64,000 nt of DNA. Source: Botryllus schlosseri. Lineage: Eukaryota. Shown here piece by piece: positions 38,954 to 52,300 of this stretch. The notes below the pieces were generated by a model. That model worked only from the letters and a program-made list of their open reading frames with translations, searched no databases and had not been told where the DNA came from. The stretch's first letter is position 1. Each line of letters begins with the position of its first letter. The DNA is taken from positions 15,440,001 to 15,504,000 of the forward strand of contig CM119372.1 in NCBI GenBank assembly GCA_051294905.1. Direction: 5' to 3'. Both the position numbers and the translations under genes were made by a program.

Positions 38954-39411
38954 TAGGCTTACCATACGTCCTCTTTTAAGAGGATTTGTCCTCTTTTTTG
39001 ACTTTTTTGAAAGTGTCCTCGGAGGACGCCCTTTTGTCCTCTTTTTGGAGATTTTGTCCTCTTTTTTGAAAATTTAGGTCAGATATAGAGCAAATTGCGA
39101 TTGATATGCCGCAAATTAGCACAGAAGTGACGCTGCGGCGGATATTTCGGAGTGAAAAACGGTGAATTTAGCTCTGAGCGAAAAGATGACCTTTTTTTTT
39201 TTTTTTTTTTTTTAAGTCATCCACCTGGCAATGTGGAGTGAAAAACGGTATTTTGAGCTCTGAGCAGAAGTGATGACGTTTTTTTTTTTTAGTCAACCGA
39301 TCACAAAGTGGGAAAAATTCACCGTTTTTTTAGAATTCTACTCCAGTTTTGCATCTTGCAAATTTCTGAAAAAGTGTCCTCTTTTTACATTTTCAAAATA
39401 TGGTAAGCCTA
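38954..39411 (+). mobile_element. hAT (Blackjack-like) MITE
   Basis: TIRs TAGGCTTACCATA / TATGGTAAGCCTA, TSD CTATCATT/CTATCACT, and subterminal GTCCTCTTTT repeats. Confidence 0.9.
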
Positions 39412-40391
39412 CTATCACTGAAAAAGGAACTGTGACATCGGGCACTTCGTCGAGATGGATGCCAGTTAAGAGACTGCAACTGGTCGTTTGGCATCCTCCT
39501 ATGTTCATTACATCGCATTGTGTCTTATGACGAAAATATAATCTAACGATTTTTGATAATTAGTACTGATCCGTGCCAAAGATTGGATTAAAAACGTTGG
39601 TGTCCTCTAATCTGACATCGACCTCGACTACCGACACATGCAGCATTCATTTTTGTCCTTTATTTTTTTCCAGTGTGCACGGGCAATGCATCTTATTTAC
39701 AGGCTGTAGAGGCCAAGGTGGGTGTTCGATTAAAAGCCCACTCCAAGTCGCTTCATTATATCGCTATCGTGCGGTGTATTGATCTGATAAAATTACGATG
39801 TTAACTAAATTACACTGGCAAATAGTGAACAACCTTAAACTTAAAGTGCTACGATATTATCTGGGAGAGAATAGGTCTAAATTCACCTGATGATATGAAT
39901 CCTACATTCTGTCATGTATAGAGGATTTCGAGTTTCGCGTCTGATTTGATCAGTCACGTCGTCATAACACATCCTAGATGCTGTTATAATATGTGTTACA
40001 AGACTCCCGCCAATTCCTGACCACATAATTTAATTGAATACTGTAAAAACGAGCAATTTCTTCTCAAAAGAAGGCTCGTAACTCCATTATTCAATTAGGT
40101 TCCAGTAGTTAAATCAGTAAACTCAGGTTCATCAGTTCCGCTGGCGGCCACTCTGAAATCCCACTTCAACCCCAGACACAGACCAATAAAAATGTTTCCC
40201 ACTAACATGTTTGATTGCAAATCAAAAACGAACCATCCCGTTAAGAGCAAACCAAGAAAGAAAGATCCTGTGCAGTACCAGTGCAGAAACATGTACTGTA
40301 CACTATGTACAGTGTACACCGAAACGATCAAAAAACGAAATTGGCAATGTAGCATGGCAGACATATACACACAACTTCCCCGCTCTGATTT

Positions 40392-43300
40392 CTAATTCCC
40401 ACTCTTATAATGAAGCATAAGCCGCAGCTTATCCCCTTTTCCTTTGCCGACACTGAAAAACGAATCGCTTTGTTACGAACACGCCACGCAATTACCGACC
40501 ATCCAAACTCACGTGAGGTAATGACGGGTGCCCCTTAAAAGGTAAAGCTCTTTATTTATTTTGGCGGCAATATTTTGCTGCCTCAACTCGCCAGCCCATG
40601 AGCTGTCCACCGGGTAAAACCCATCCAGTTTGCAATACCCGTTGCTCACAGAGGAAGCCTTACTGCTATCGATTTTTGCGTGGAAACTGCAAAATAAAAC
40701 ATGGTGTAAAAACGCACTAGAGCTTGAGAATAATACTGACAATAAGTACGCCGCATTATCTTCTCTACGCAACTCGATGTACTGCAGCCCGGAAAAGACC
40801 TCCGCCCCTTGCTTCTTCATTTCAGACATGACTTGCTGCTGGAGAATCTTACACAGCTTCTTGCTATTCAGACACGCTTCTGCAAATGAGAGGGTTTTGA
40901 TTTGAAAGATGTGACTCGTGCGCGCCTTTCTAGTCATCGGCTGAACGCGGGTTAAGTACAGAGGTGGTCAGGTTTTGAAAGGTAGCTTTGCTATGAGCTT
41001 GCATCACTTTTGAGTGTGATAGTCGTAAAAAACGTCAGAAATGCTCCCTGTTTACCGGTTTCCATAAAATGTATACAAACTCTCAACTAAATCTACTTTC
41101 GCCTACTTACAATTTACTCGAGAAGTTTTCACATGTTCATTTTCTACTTCCTCTCGAAGACATGTCTTGGAAATTGCTAATACAACTTGTAATCGAGTAG
41201 AAATTTACCGCGTTACTTCTACCTCTACCTGAGGAGCAACGCTCGCTGTTTTGACCAACTCTGAGGCTTGATTCATTGTCTAGCGATGCTCCGCGATAAC
41301 AAGAATCTCGACAATGTCCGGCATAAATTATCCTTTGCCGGATCTACAGCTATAGCGGTGTATACCTAAAGCAGCGAAATAGGACTTGGTATCGTCGCTA
41401 ATCAACGAGGAATCCATGCCGTCGCTGTCATCCTCGTCGGACGAGTAAGTGTCGTCGCTAGTTTCGTCACTGCTGTAATTGATAATGCTTGAGGCCTGGG
41501 AACAGAGTTACTCAACGTCAGTGATACAAAATCCAAGCAATGCAGCGGCAGATTAGTTCAATAAGACAAAACGATATTTTATTTGAGACATGAGAAGAAA
41601 AAAAATCGTGCGATCACGGAAGACCCGCATCTTGTGAGTCGAGAAAACGTCATTCAGAAACAATACTGGCAATGTGAAAGCAGCTACAAAGCAAAATCAT
41701 TGAAGCACTGCAATTAAATGTATGGTAACATTTTGGTAGTACCCAGTTCCAGCCAGCGGCTTTCTGAAGAACATGACTGCTGGTTCTCACACTACCAACA
41801 TCAATTTGAGATCATATCATATTTAGAGCGCAGCGCCTATTTAAGGCAAAGGATACTAGCACCACTGATTTCTTAATTACCTTTGAACTAGCTGTTCCGT
41901 TCGTCAGACTCCTTGCAGTAAGTGCTGGAAACAGAAAATCGAACCGATTATGAAAGTTATCTAACATGGTAACGCGCGTAAGGACCGATACCTTGTTCCA
42001 AATGACTATGGTAATTACTAACATCGTGGTTCGTACTAACGACAGGCGGCTTCTCCGCAGAGTGCAGAAAAGATAGACGGGCTTCGTCGCTGAATACGGA
42101 AGCACGGTTCGGATAGCCTGCAAGAAAGGATGGCCGTGAAGAGAAAACATTTGGGTCAGGTTCTGAATCTTTAGCATCATAACAATGCGCAGTCACAACA
42201 AGGAAGCAAGTGATAATAAAAAATATGCAACGAACGGAGGAGCTGTTAACATACGTATAGAAGTATATACCAACAGAAAATTTTATGATTGCAAAAGGAC
42301 TCCTTCTATCGCAGTGGTTCTCAACCTTTTTTCAGACACGCCCCCCTTTATGATAGTGAAAAATTTCGCGCCTCCCTTATCGTCATATCACAAAATCCAA
42401 TCGCGATGCTAGCAACCCCAACCGATTTTTTGGTGGCATGGAAGGTTATGACTGTTGATGAAAGAATTAAAAAATATGATATTCGGTCTATATATAGATA
42501 AACACGCGTGAATTGGAGGTAAATTGCGCAGAGCACGAAATATTTTTCAGTTGACCGCTTCTTCGCGCCCCCTTCAGATGCTTTCACGCCCCCAAAGGGG
42601 GCACGCCCCCCAAGTTGAGAACCACTGTTCTATCGACATAAATCCGAACACCAGAGCAGAGTATCTAGTAATGACAAGCATTAAATTACCCGACAATCCG
42701 TGCTGAAGAGGAAATGGGTAAGGGTAGCCATCTGCCAAATGCGGTGTATTGATCCCTGAGATGTAACTAGACGTGCTCGCTAAAAAGAAATAATGGAAAA
42801 CACATAAGATTAAACGGCAGCCGTGAGGACAAAGTAACCGAAATTACCTCTACCGGTTGTGCTTGTCGGGGACGCCAGTGTAGCGGTTGCGCCCGAGACT
42901 GTCCCGTTAGTGACAGGTCTACTTTGGCCTTTATTACTGACGGGGGAAGAGAAGCCGGACGTCATGATATCCTCAATGACGACGACATTTCCAAGGCCGT
43001 TATGTCTTGCATGCACACTCTCCAATCCCATTTCGCCATCTAAAGCGTCGTACGGTAGCGTAACAAAACGATCGGCTTATATGGAGAAAATGACAGCAAT
43101 CAGTGTTTCTATGCGTGCCTACGGATTAAGCCCAGTGCTGCGGAGTCAGTACGATTTGCAAACGACTCTGATATTTTCAATATGCCAAGTTCAGCTCTTG
43201 ACTCCTAACCTTTTTTAAACATAACTCCGAGACTCGGACATTCTTACAGCTTCACTTTGAAAATCGTAAGTCGATAACTTGATAATTTGTTTCCGAGTCA

Positions 43301-46300
43301 CAAGACGTTTTGTAACTCGTAATTTTTCCGACACGTGCATTCATCTCGTTGCGCGACACTGCATAAAACTTCCACTTAGCAGTCAAGTTCAATCACTTGA
43401 TTTCAAGATATGCTTTCTATTTCGCCTAGCATCGTTTTTCATGACTAGAACGCAAAAAGTTAACAGCAAAAACATTTTAAATAAGGGGTGTCAAACTCAA
43501 TCGGCAACGGATTCAAACCTTCGTATAGTTCGCAGGCCAGACCAGTCAAATGATTCCAAAATGTTACCTCGATATCCATGCCCTTGTTTCTCACTTGAAT
43601 ACTCCATTGTCAAGCGTGCATACACAATAGTATATTTTACAGTATATAACGGATCATAGATGTTCGATTAATTATACCATAATTCGCAAACAATGGAATT
43701 GGCTAAAATACAATACAGTTAAAAAAAAGGCTAAAACAGTGGCTCTAAATATGATATAAGCTGGCATATTTCTATGCTCCGTTTGTTTTATTCGTAATCT
43801 GGCGCTGGTCCTGCATATGCGTTGTGAGGAATACAAGAGATTTAACGGTAAACACAGATAACACGACGATATTGTTGCGTCACAATAGCAAACTTCGTTA
43901 CAATGCAAAATTCGAGGATGATTTTAGGGGGTTCCAGGACGACGAGCAGAATAAAATTTATACTTTCGCTATCAGTAACGCGGTACCTTTCAATTTATAC
44001 CAATTATCAATTTTAGTGCTCGGCAAGCCCGCTAAAAAATACCGCAAAATAGCCTTTGGCCAAATAAAAAGTATGACGTAAATCAATTGCAGTAAGCCGT
44101 GAGATTTGCTAGTCAGCTAGTATCCACACCATTGTAGGACACTATGATATAACGAAGCAGTGGGGCGATGCCCTTTTTAGCATATTTCCCCCGTCTACGT
44201 AAGCCCGAAAAAGGTATCGTCACATTCGCATCAGATGCCATGGTATTTAGATCACGCGCGAGTTGGTTTTTGTCAAGTTTGTTATCAACAAACATTTAGA
44301 ACATGAAAATCACAATTGTGCCAAAGCGAATTTCACAACAATCGCATTCAAACGGCGATACATAATGTGCAAGAATATTTGCGACGAAATCCCGCGAAAC
44401 ATCCGACTTGGATAATTCGATTTCTCGGTGCATATGCATCAAAGCCAGGCCGTTTAGTCGATCTGATCTGATTGCACTCCGTCATTACATGATTGCTGAT
44501 CAGCATCACTTCCCAGAGCGCCACCAAGATGTATGTTTTCGCGACCGCAAAATGCAATGGTTTCGATAACGGAATTTAAAGCTTTGCAATTGGCAATGGC
44601 CTTCCTCTCCCTAGTTGTATCCATTCTTTTCACTATCGTACCCGTTTTGTGCGTTCTTTCGAAACCGTCTGCTCGCAGGAGAGCCATAGTGTGATATTCT
44701 TTTGTAGCGTGATGTCTGCAATTCTCACTGGCCTTCTTCCAGTTTTGCATTGGCTCAGTGACGAATTGTCTTAATTGCTGGCCGTTAACTGTATCAACGG
44801 CAAACAGCCGACAAAACACGCAGTATGCCCCTTCTTGAGACGGACTGTAGGCTAACCACTTGAACGCGTCGAGCCAACTTCTCTGAAATTTAAGCCGAAC
44901 GACTTTTTTTGCGTAGCGATATTCTTTCGGCGGAAACTCGAAATAACGATCTGGTCTCCAATGACCAGTTAAATAATTGAATTTGATTTGGTCCTCAACT
45001 TTATTACCACGCTTATAATATCCAATATCATATTCAAAATGCGAATGGATGAATTGTTGCGACGAGCATGGTCCTTCGGCCTGACTTGAATCGACTCGCC
45101 TGCGTCCAGATGAGGAATTGAATTCGGGTGTATCGGCCATTTGGCTGACATGTTGCTCAGTAATGTTCGGCGATGAGGACTTGAAAAATGATGTAATAGA
45201 TCTCTGTCCGGCCTTTCCGCTCTTCTTCATAATCGAAAAACGTCCCTAGCCTGATCTAAATCGATACCGTGCCTAGCCTCACTCGAAGAATAAAGAAGCC
45301 TTCACCCAATAACAGCGTGAATAAATAATACCTTCGCAAATTGTTTCTCACGCCGTGGTTATGCACTGACCTCACTCTTTCGAATATAATTATCCACTCG
45401 TCATACTAGATTATGCCCTACATAACGGGTAGCCAACCGGCATCATCAATAGCAGCATCGAAATTTGTTTGCTACTCGCATAAGATACATTGTGATTCGT
45501 GAGATCACCTGCTGCGTTGTGTCATGATTCGCGCGGGCTTTTTATCAAGATTCGCGCGCATGAGTCTCGCTGTCGGTAATTAGTAGTGCGAAAGACACAA
45601 GCGAACTGGCATACGACTGTGCATAATGGAGCTATATTTTAATATAACTGGCAAATGTTTATGTGTATACAGACGTTAACACAAGCGAGATTATTTTACC
45701 CTTGTTTTAACGGCATTTGTGCATATATTTAAAACGCAATAAAGCGGTTATAATTAAAAACATCCTAATTTTTAAAAAATATACCGTTTTGTTTTTCCCA
45801 CTGGCTACGCTTCTGGATATAGCATTGTATCATAGTGTCCTATATGGTGTGTGGACACAAGCAAATCTCACGGCTCAGTGACATTGTATACGTCACATTT
45901 TCCATTTGGCTAAAGGCAATTTGACAGTAATTTTTGACCGGCTTGCCGAGCGCGAAATTTGATAAAAAACGGGTATCAATCGGAAGCTACCGCGGTACTG
46001 ATTGCGAAAAAATAAATTTTATTCTGCTCGTGGCCCTGGAACCCCCAAAAATCAGCCTCGAATGTTACATTGTAACAGACTTTGGTATTGTGACACAACA
46101 ATGCCGTCTGGGCAGCTCAGGAGCAAGTGCGCACGAGAGTGAGGATGCTCCATCGGTTGCGCAGCAATGGCCAATACGCTTGCGGTTTGCGCTGCAACTC
46201 ACCTGCTCCCAGACGGCATGGTTGCGTCACAATACCAGATTCCGTTACAATGCAACACTCGAGGCTGATTTTGGGGGGTTCCAGATCCACGAACAGAATA

Positions 46301-49300
46301 AAATTTATATTTTCGCAATCAGTGCCAGGGTAGCTTTCGATTGATACCCGTTTTATCAAATTTCGCGCTCGGCAAGTCTATCAAAAATTACCGTCAAATT
46401 GCCTTTAGTCAAATAGAAAGTGTGACGTACACCAATTTCACTGAGCAGTGTCATTTGCTGGTGTCCAGTCCACAAAATATATGACACTATGATTGTATTA
46501 TTATATTCTCCTTTTCCTCCTGCATATAACGGTTTCACATTCGCGTTTTCTATTCTGTGAATAACGACTTTTTGGACCACTTTTCCATAAACTGTGAACT
46601 CGGTGTGTGCACTTTTTTGCCTTCTCGGAATAGGTGTCAATATCAGCTAATGGTGACTAGAGTGATACCATAACCAGGGTTGCCATCGACATGGACCCAA
46701 AATTAAGGACGGTCGAAAAATTTAACAAGCATGTTTCTAAGTCAAGTGTGAGGCGCTATGATCCCTTCTCTGCTGCATTATGCAAAATATGAACAGGGCA
46801 ACCGACTAGGATCAGATACAATGTTCGCTACGTTGTTTTTTCACTATGCTGTGATCCTTCAAAACTCACTCGTGCATTATCGACAGAAAAGGATGACAGC
46901 TGCTTCATGTCGAGACCGTTCTCTTGAATAGAGGAGAGAATGAAGTTTGTGATCTGTGCCGAGGTCTCGCCTACGCCTGGCATCAATCGCAAGACTGACT
47001 GACTGCACTGCGCCCTTTTTCACAACGCAATAAATTCTGCCTTCTCCGTCGCTTATTAGCTGCAGACTAATTAACAGCAGTTACCTGTTACAGCCGAAAC
47101 TGCTATACCACTCACTGCCCTAGCTATCTCACAACTTAGAACTCAAATCCTGTGGTGTGTACGCCTTTCATTTATGATGCTAAAATCTCGTCGCAAAAGG
47201 ATAATTTTAGAATATTATGCAACACAGATACCCGCGGAAAACGATCGAAGTTCTGTAGTTGTCGAAAATAAGACTAAATAACGACGCAAGTCGAAAGCAA
47301 GGACATTTCTTAGAAATAAGGACAGTCGAGTTTTATAAGACCTGGCCCTTGAAAATTAGGACAAATCTTAGAAATAAGGACGGTATTGCAGCCCTGACCG
47401 TAACGCTGCTATCGGGTGGTTATAATGTGGCCTGGACATACTCGGCATATAATGTCTTGAGACGTTATTCAATGAAAGCTAAAAATCTCAACAGTTTTTA
47501 GAAATGTGCAGGATAATACAACCATATTTCATACTAATCAGCATTGCTTCTTGGGTCAGATGAAATCCGGGGCAGCAGCCATATGTTTAACATCCGTTTT
47601 AGATTTTCAATGTGAGTGATTCATACAACGTAATATATACGTCTCCCGTTAGCTAAAGAGTGGAAAGGCTAATGAAAGCACCAGAATTCTAATGCTTTTG
47701 CACGAGTCACGGAGCAACTCAACAGAAAACAACACACATACTACAAATGTATTATTACGCTGTTTATGACACATACGCTCTCCCTCTGAGCTGATTACAA
47801 CTACAAGCATGCACTGCCTTCAATAAACCCTAGCTGTGGTAAGTTTTGCCAAATGTAGGTTCTCTAAACAGATAGATAGATATATCTGGTAATCTATGCA
47901 AGAAACTTATTAAATTGAGTAAATAGAAGCGATAATCAAAATTATTAGTCAGTATTCCAGGAATTTTGGCAGTTTTCTAGTTCATAGTTTGGCCACCATT
48001 GTCAAAAAGGTCACAAAGATTTGAATAATACTCACTAGCAGAATCTTCCCTAGCTTTAGATATCCTTTCTTCATCACGATCTACTGTTGCAGGAGGCGGA
48101 GTAGCCGAGAACCTATAGTCAAATCGCAAGTCACATCGCTGCCGAGCTGCAAAAACGTCGACATTCACAAACTTACTTCCAAACCTTTTCGGCTCTTAGC
48201 TTAGTTTTCGCAAAGTCCACGGCTGCTCTTTGCAGCACATAGCACACCTGAAAATCACACAGGAAGCGATTAGTAACGGGAAAACAATAATGATATGAGA
48301 TTGAGGTGAAATTGAAAGCAAAGTAGCCTACTAATTATGGGAAATCCTAGCCCTACATTATTATCGAGCCAAATGCACCAAACCTTGGAGGCTAATCTCC
48401 TGCTACTTTCATATTACTATGCAGGTCATTTTACAAATGAAGCATCTTCTATCATTTCGTTCCTTACAACATAATGCCATTTTGTCACATAAATTGTAGT
48501 TTGGCAGACCAGGCATAAGTCTAAATAAGAGTAACACTATCAACTGGGCCTGTACCCATAGCTGTATTATCCTCTTCCTTGCCTGCCCATATTATGATAA
48601 TTGTATGTGTAAGCTATTTCTCCTCGCATGTGCAATGTGGTATGTGCATGCTTTTCTAACATGTTTTTCCTTTTTTACTATATTTGCAGTCAGTTTCGTC
48701 GACTGAATTCATCAAGTCGTTTGGACTTTTTCCTATCAAACTGAAAAATTGTAAAACGTAGCAAGAAAAATGTCTATTTGTTTTGTTTGACTGGTTACCA
48801 AATGTGTTTCTATTTTTATTCATTCAACACATTCCGCTGCGCTTTTCGTGAGAGTTGGAGTCGATATCAACGGGCAATTAACCCATGTGCGAGAGGTGGG
48901 CCATCCAACAAGTATACCAAAAATATCCACCAACCTTTTCTCCGTGCGATAATTCACCCAGAAGACTAGTCACGTAACCGGACTGCGGCCTGTACTCTTT
49001 CAGCGAGAAGTAAATGTTGCTCTCGAAATCGCTCATCTGCTTGTGTTTTTGGATGAACCCAAACTTTTCTTTCAAATTATGATGGATATATCCTATCTCT
49101 GAACAGAAAAAAAGTGAATTGCTTCGCTGCCGGGATCTTCACTTCAAAGAGCGCCAACCGTAGTCAGGTTTTCGCGCTACTGGTTTCTTAACGATTGGGG
49201 TGATTTTGTTGATGGCGGGAGGAGCTTTTAGGAGTTTCGATGACCAGCTGAAATGAAAAAATAACGAATTGAAGACTTAAACTGTTTGCCTTGTTGAGGA

Positions 49301-52300
49301 AATAAGTCTACATACCCTGAAAGAGACGGCGCAGTCACAGCTTTACTGCCGGTAGCCAAGCTTGGAAATTCAACGCCAGCAGGAGGGGCCGTTGTTCTGA
49401 ACAAAATTCATTTTTACAAAAATGAACGGTCCAGCCGGAGGTGAAAGATTTAAAGCCAATTACTTGAACTGGAACGCATTTTGTCCATTGCAAACTCAAC
49501 TGCATGAGGAATGCATATACATTCTGAGCGTGGACGATAAAAGAATATGGAAAGTCCAACAAACACAGAAGCAAATCATGGCATGGAATTACGCTGCGTC
49601 GGATATGGGATTGTTGGTAGTCACACACACCCTTCGGCTCATTTTACTACTAACTCCAGACATTTTCAATACACCAACTCCGGTTACAATTCTTACTTTT
49701 TTCTTCACAGAACTCTGACTCTACCATTCCTGTAAACCTACTCGGAAAATTATATGTGAGTTACATTTTAGGTAATATTCTACTATGTGAATCAACCTTT
49801 TTTTCGAATTTAGCAGAAAAGGTGAGAATTTAGCAAAAATTAGGTTTGTGAAAATTCACATACATGAAAAGCTTCACTTCGTAGAAAAATTTGAAAACAA
49901 TTGGTTCGATTTTAAATCAGTTGGCATCGGAGCATTTTCATAAACTCCGACTCCAAAGAGTTTGTTTGTTACAAAATTTTTCTGAGTTCAAGTGTATTCA
50001 TAAAATTTCATCATTTCAAAACATCACAAGACTGCCATACAATGAAAGATAGGAAGCTGTCGAAACAACTTGGAGGTGGCAACTGACGGGACGCGAGATC
50101 GATATGTCAGGTATTGGCCCGGTAAATGGTAGAAATGGTAGAAATTGCTTGCATTTGAATGTGGACATGCTCCACGACTGTGGGATAGCCGGCGAGATAC
50201 TGTTTCACAAATCAGGTCCGGCATATTTGATGGAGCGATGATCTTTTTTGTCCACCTTATGATAGTTGGACGACGTGAACGCACGTGTGTCGTACTTATG
50301 CACTTTTGGTACCGAGGTAAAGAAGTCATTAAAGTTTTCATCCATCCGCATAAAATGTAATGAAACTCAAACTTCGACTCCACAGACCTGTCTTTTATGA
50401 CTAGGCCTACTTTTTCATTCTTAAACAATTTTGTAGTAAAAACTACTCAAGTCGTTTTAAGACATGTTTCCATCAGTGTTTATACCGAAATTGTCATTAC
50501 GTCATGGCGAAATACCCCCTTTAGCACGATCAGCTGTATGAGAATATATTTTTGAAAATGGCACCAATTTGCGACGGCATAATTATTTAGGGTTTGCACC
50601 CTGCAATTTCGACCAAATCCACTTTTTGAAACTACTTGATTTCTTTTCACACCTCCATTTTCTACTTTCACTGACGACGTCTGGATAGGCGCGTGTCAGT
50701 AGCTTACCAGCATGATGCTAATGTATAATGATAAAAATCTCAACTCACAGCATATCTTCTGCAGCAGCGTAGTCGGGAAAACCTTCTAACGGTGAGCTAC
50801 GGTCCTCTTCCATTCGTTCCACTTTCTGAGCTCTCCATTTGGATTTTGCGTTCGGGTTTGTGGACGGTAGCGCGTAGGCGGCGACCCTGAGAAAATCGAA
50901 AACTCAAACTCAGGGGGAGCAATTTGACCCGAGATCAGGTATATTCATAAACAAATAAACTTGTCCCGAATATCTACAGCTGACACTCGTTATAGGTAAT
51001 CATATATATCAGCAATAGTATCACCTAATATGACGTCGCACGCATGAAAATTCAAATAACCGAGGTGAAAAAATAGTTGAAGCTTAATATACTGTATTTC
51101 GATGATGCACAAACAATTAAGTTTCACAAATTTTGATAAAAGTCAACTCCAAGGCACACAAATGACAAAAACAATCATCACTCCTAAGGAAGCGAAATCT
51201 GTCAACGTCGTCTTCCACAGGAGTTCATGTAGTCTAAAAGGAGTAAATTGAGCTTACGCCATCGGTTGGCCTGCAGATGATTACCCCTCACTAATGTCAG
51301 CCGACAATATTCGGGTTTATGACATAAGTGACAACAATATATTATTCAAATCACTTGATCAATCTCCTTCAGAAATGCCACATACTTTCCACCAGTGTAA
51401 TGCCTAGTCGTATGGTCAGAGGTAGATATTGGCAACTAACAAAGCGAAAGCAACACAGATCAGAAAATGACATGGATAGCCATTACTTTCAGCCCAAAAT
51501 TCTGTGATCTTCTTATATCAAGTATTTTACAGAAATTCAAAATTTATACATTATATCCTCCATATAAATAGGTGAACAAAAATTTTGTGCACAGGGTTGT
51601 TGTTGACGTTACGATAGACCGAGTTACTGCATTGTTACACAAGAAACTTGCAAGCGGTTTGACTACCTTGGGCCAGGGATTCTCAACTGCCCAGCTTAAA
51701 CTGGCCGTATTTTACCAAAATCAGATACTATGTAACGGAGCCACAAAACATTGTTACCATGTATTTGTACTATTTGATTCACTGTATTTACCAGTCCTAT
51801 GCTGATGCTTAATTCATAGTTATGCATTAATGGATATCAATCGTAAGTTTGCAAACCCAGCTTCTTACCAGCGAGAATTTTACCTAACAACAATAATATT
51901 TGGTCAATGATTACAATATAAACCCGGAATACAATTGTTAATTTATTCTGAATGAGAGCTATGAGTCTGCATTCTGTTCATGAGTAATTTAAAATCTGGA
52001 GCTCCCTTTTGATTTTATCATTCCAATGACAGAGCTATAGGTTTCACATAAACAAGTAGATATTAAACAGGCAAGAGTTTTATGAGCAAACGAGTGTGAA
52101 GTATAATCAGGTATCAAAACATAACACAGTTTCAACTAGGGCATATATACAGAAACCAGAACACATCAAAGAATGAGTCATCCAAATAACAGAAGCATGC
52201 ACTGTGCAACACATAGGCCTATGTCAGTTGAACTAATGTCTTCAAGTAATAGAAAATCACCATTTTCAACAGAGAGACTATGCGATGAACAAGCTATACC

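Noticed and set aside
44454..45230. Domesticated ZMYM1/THAP12-like host gene
   Set aside because: It is intronless, truncated before the catalytic core, adjacent to a TIR-like end and nested among other transposons.
45934..46359. Similar ORFs on both strands
   Set aside because: They are a by-product of the long inverted repeat of the MITE.
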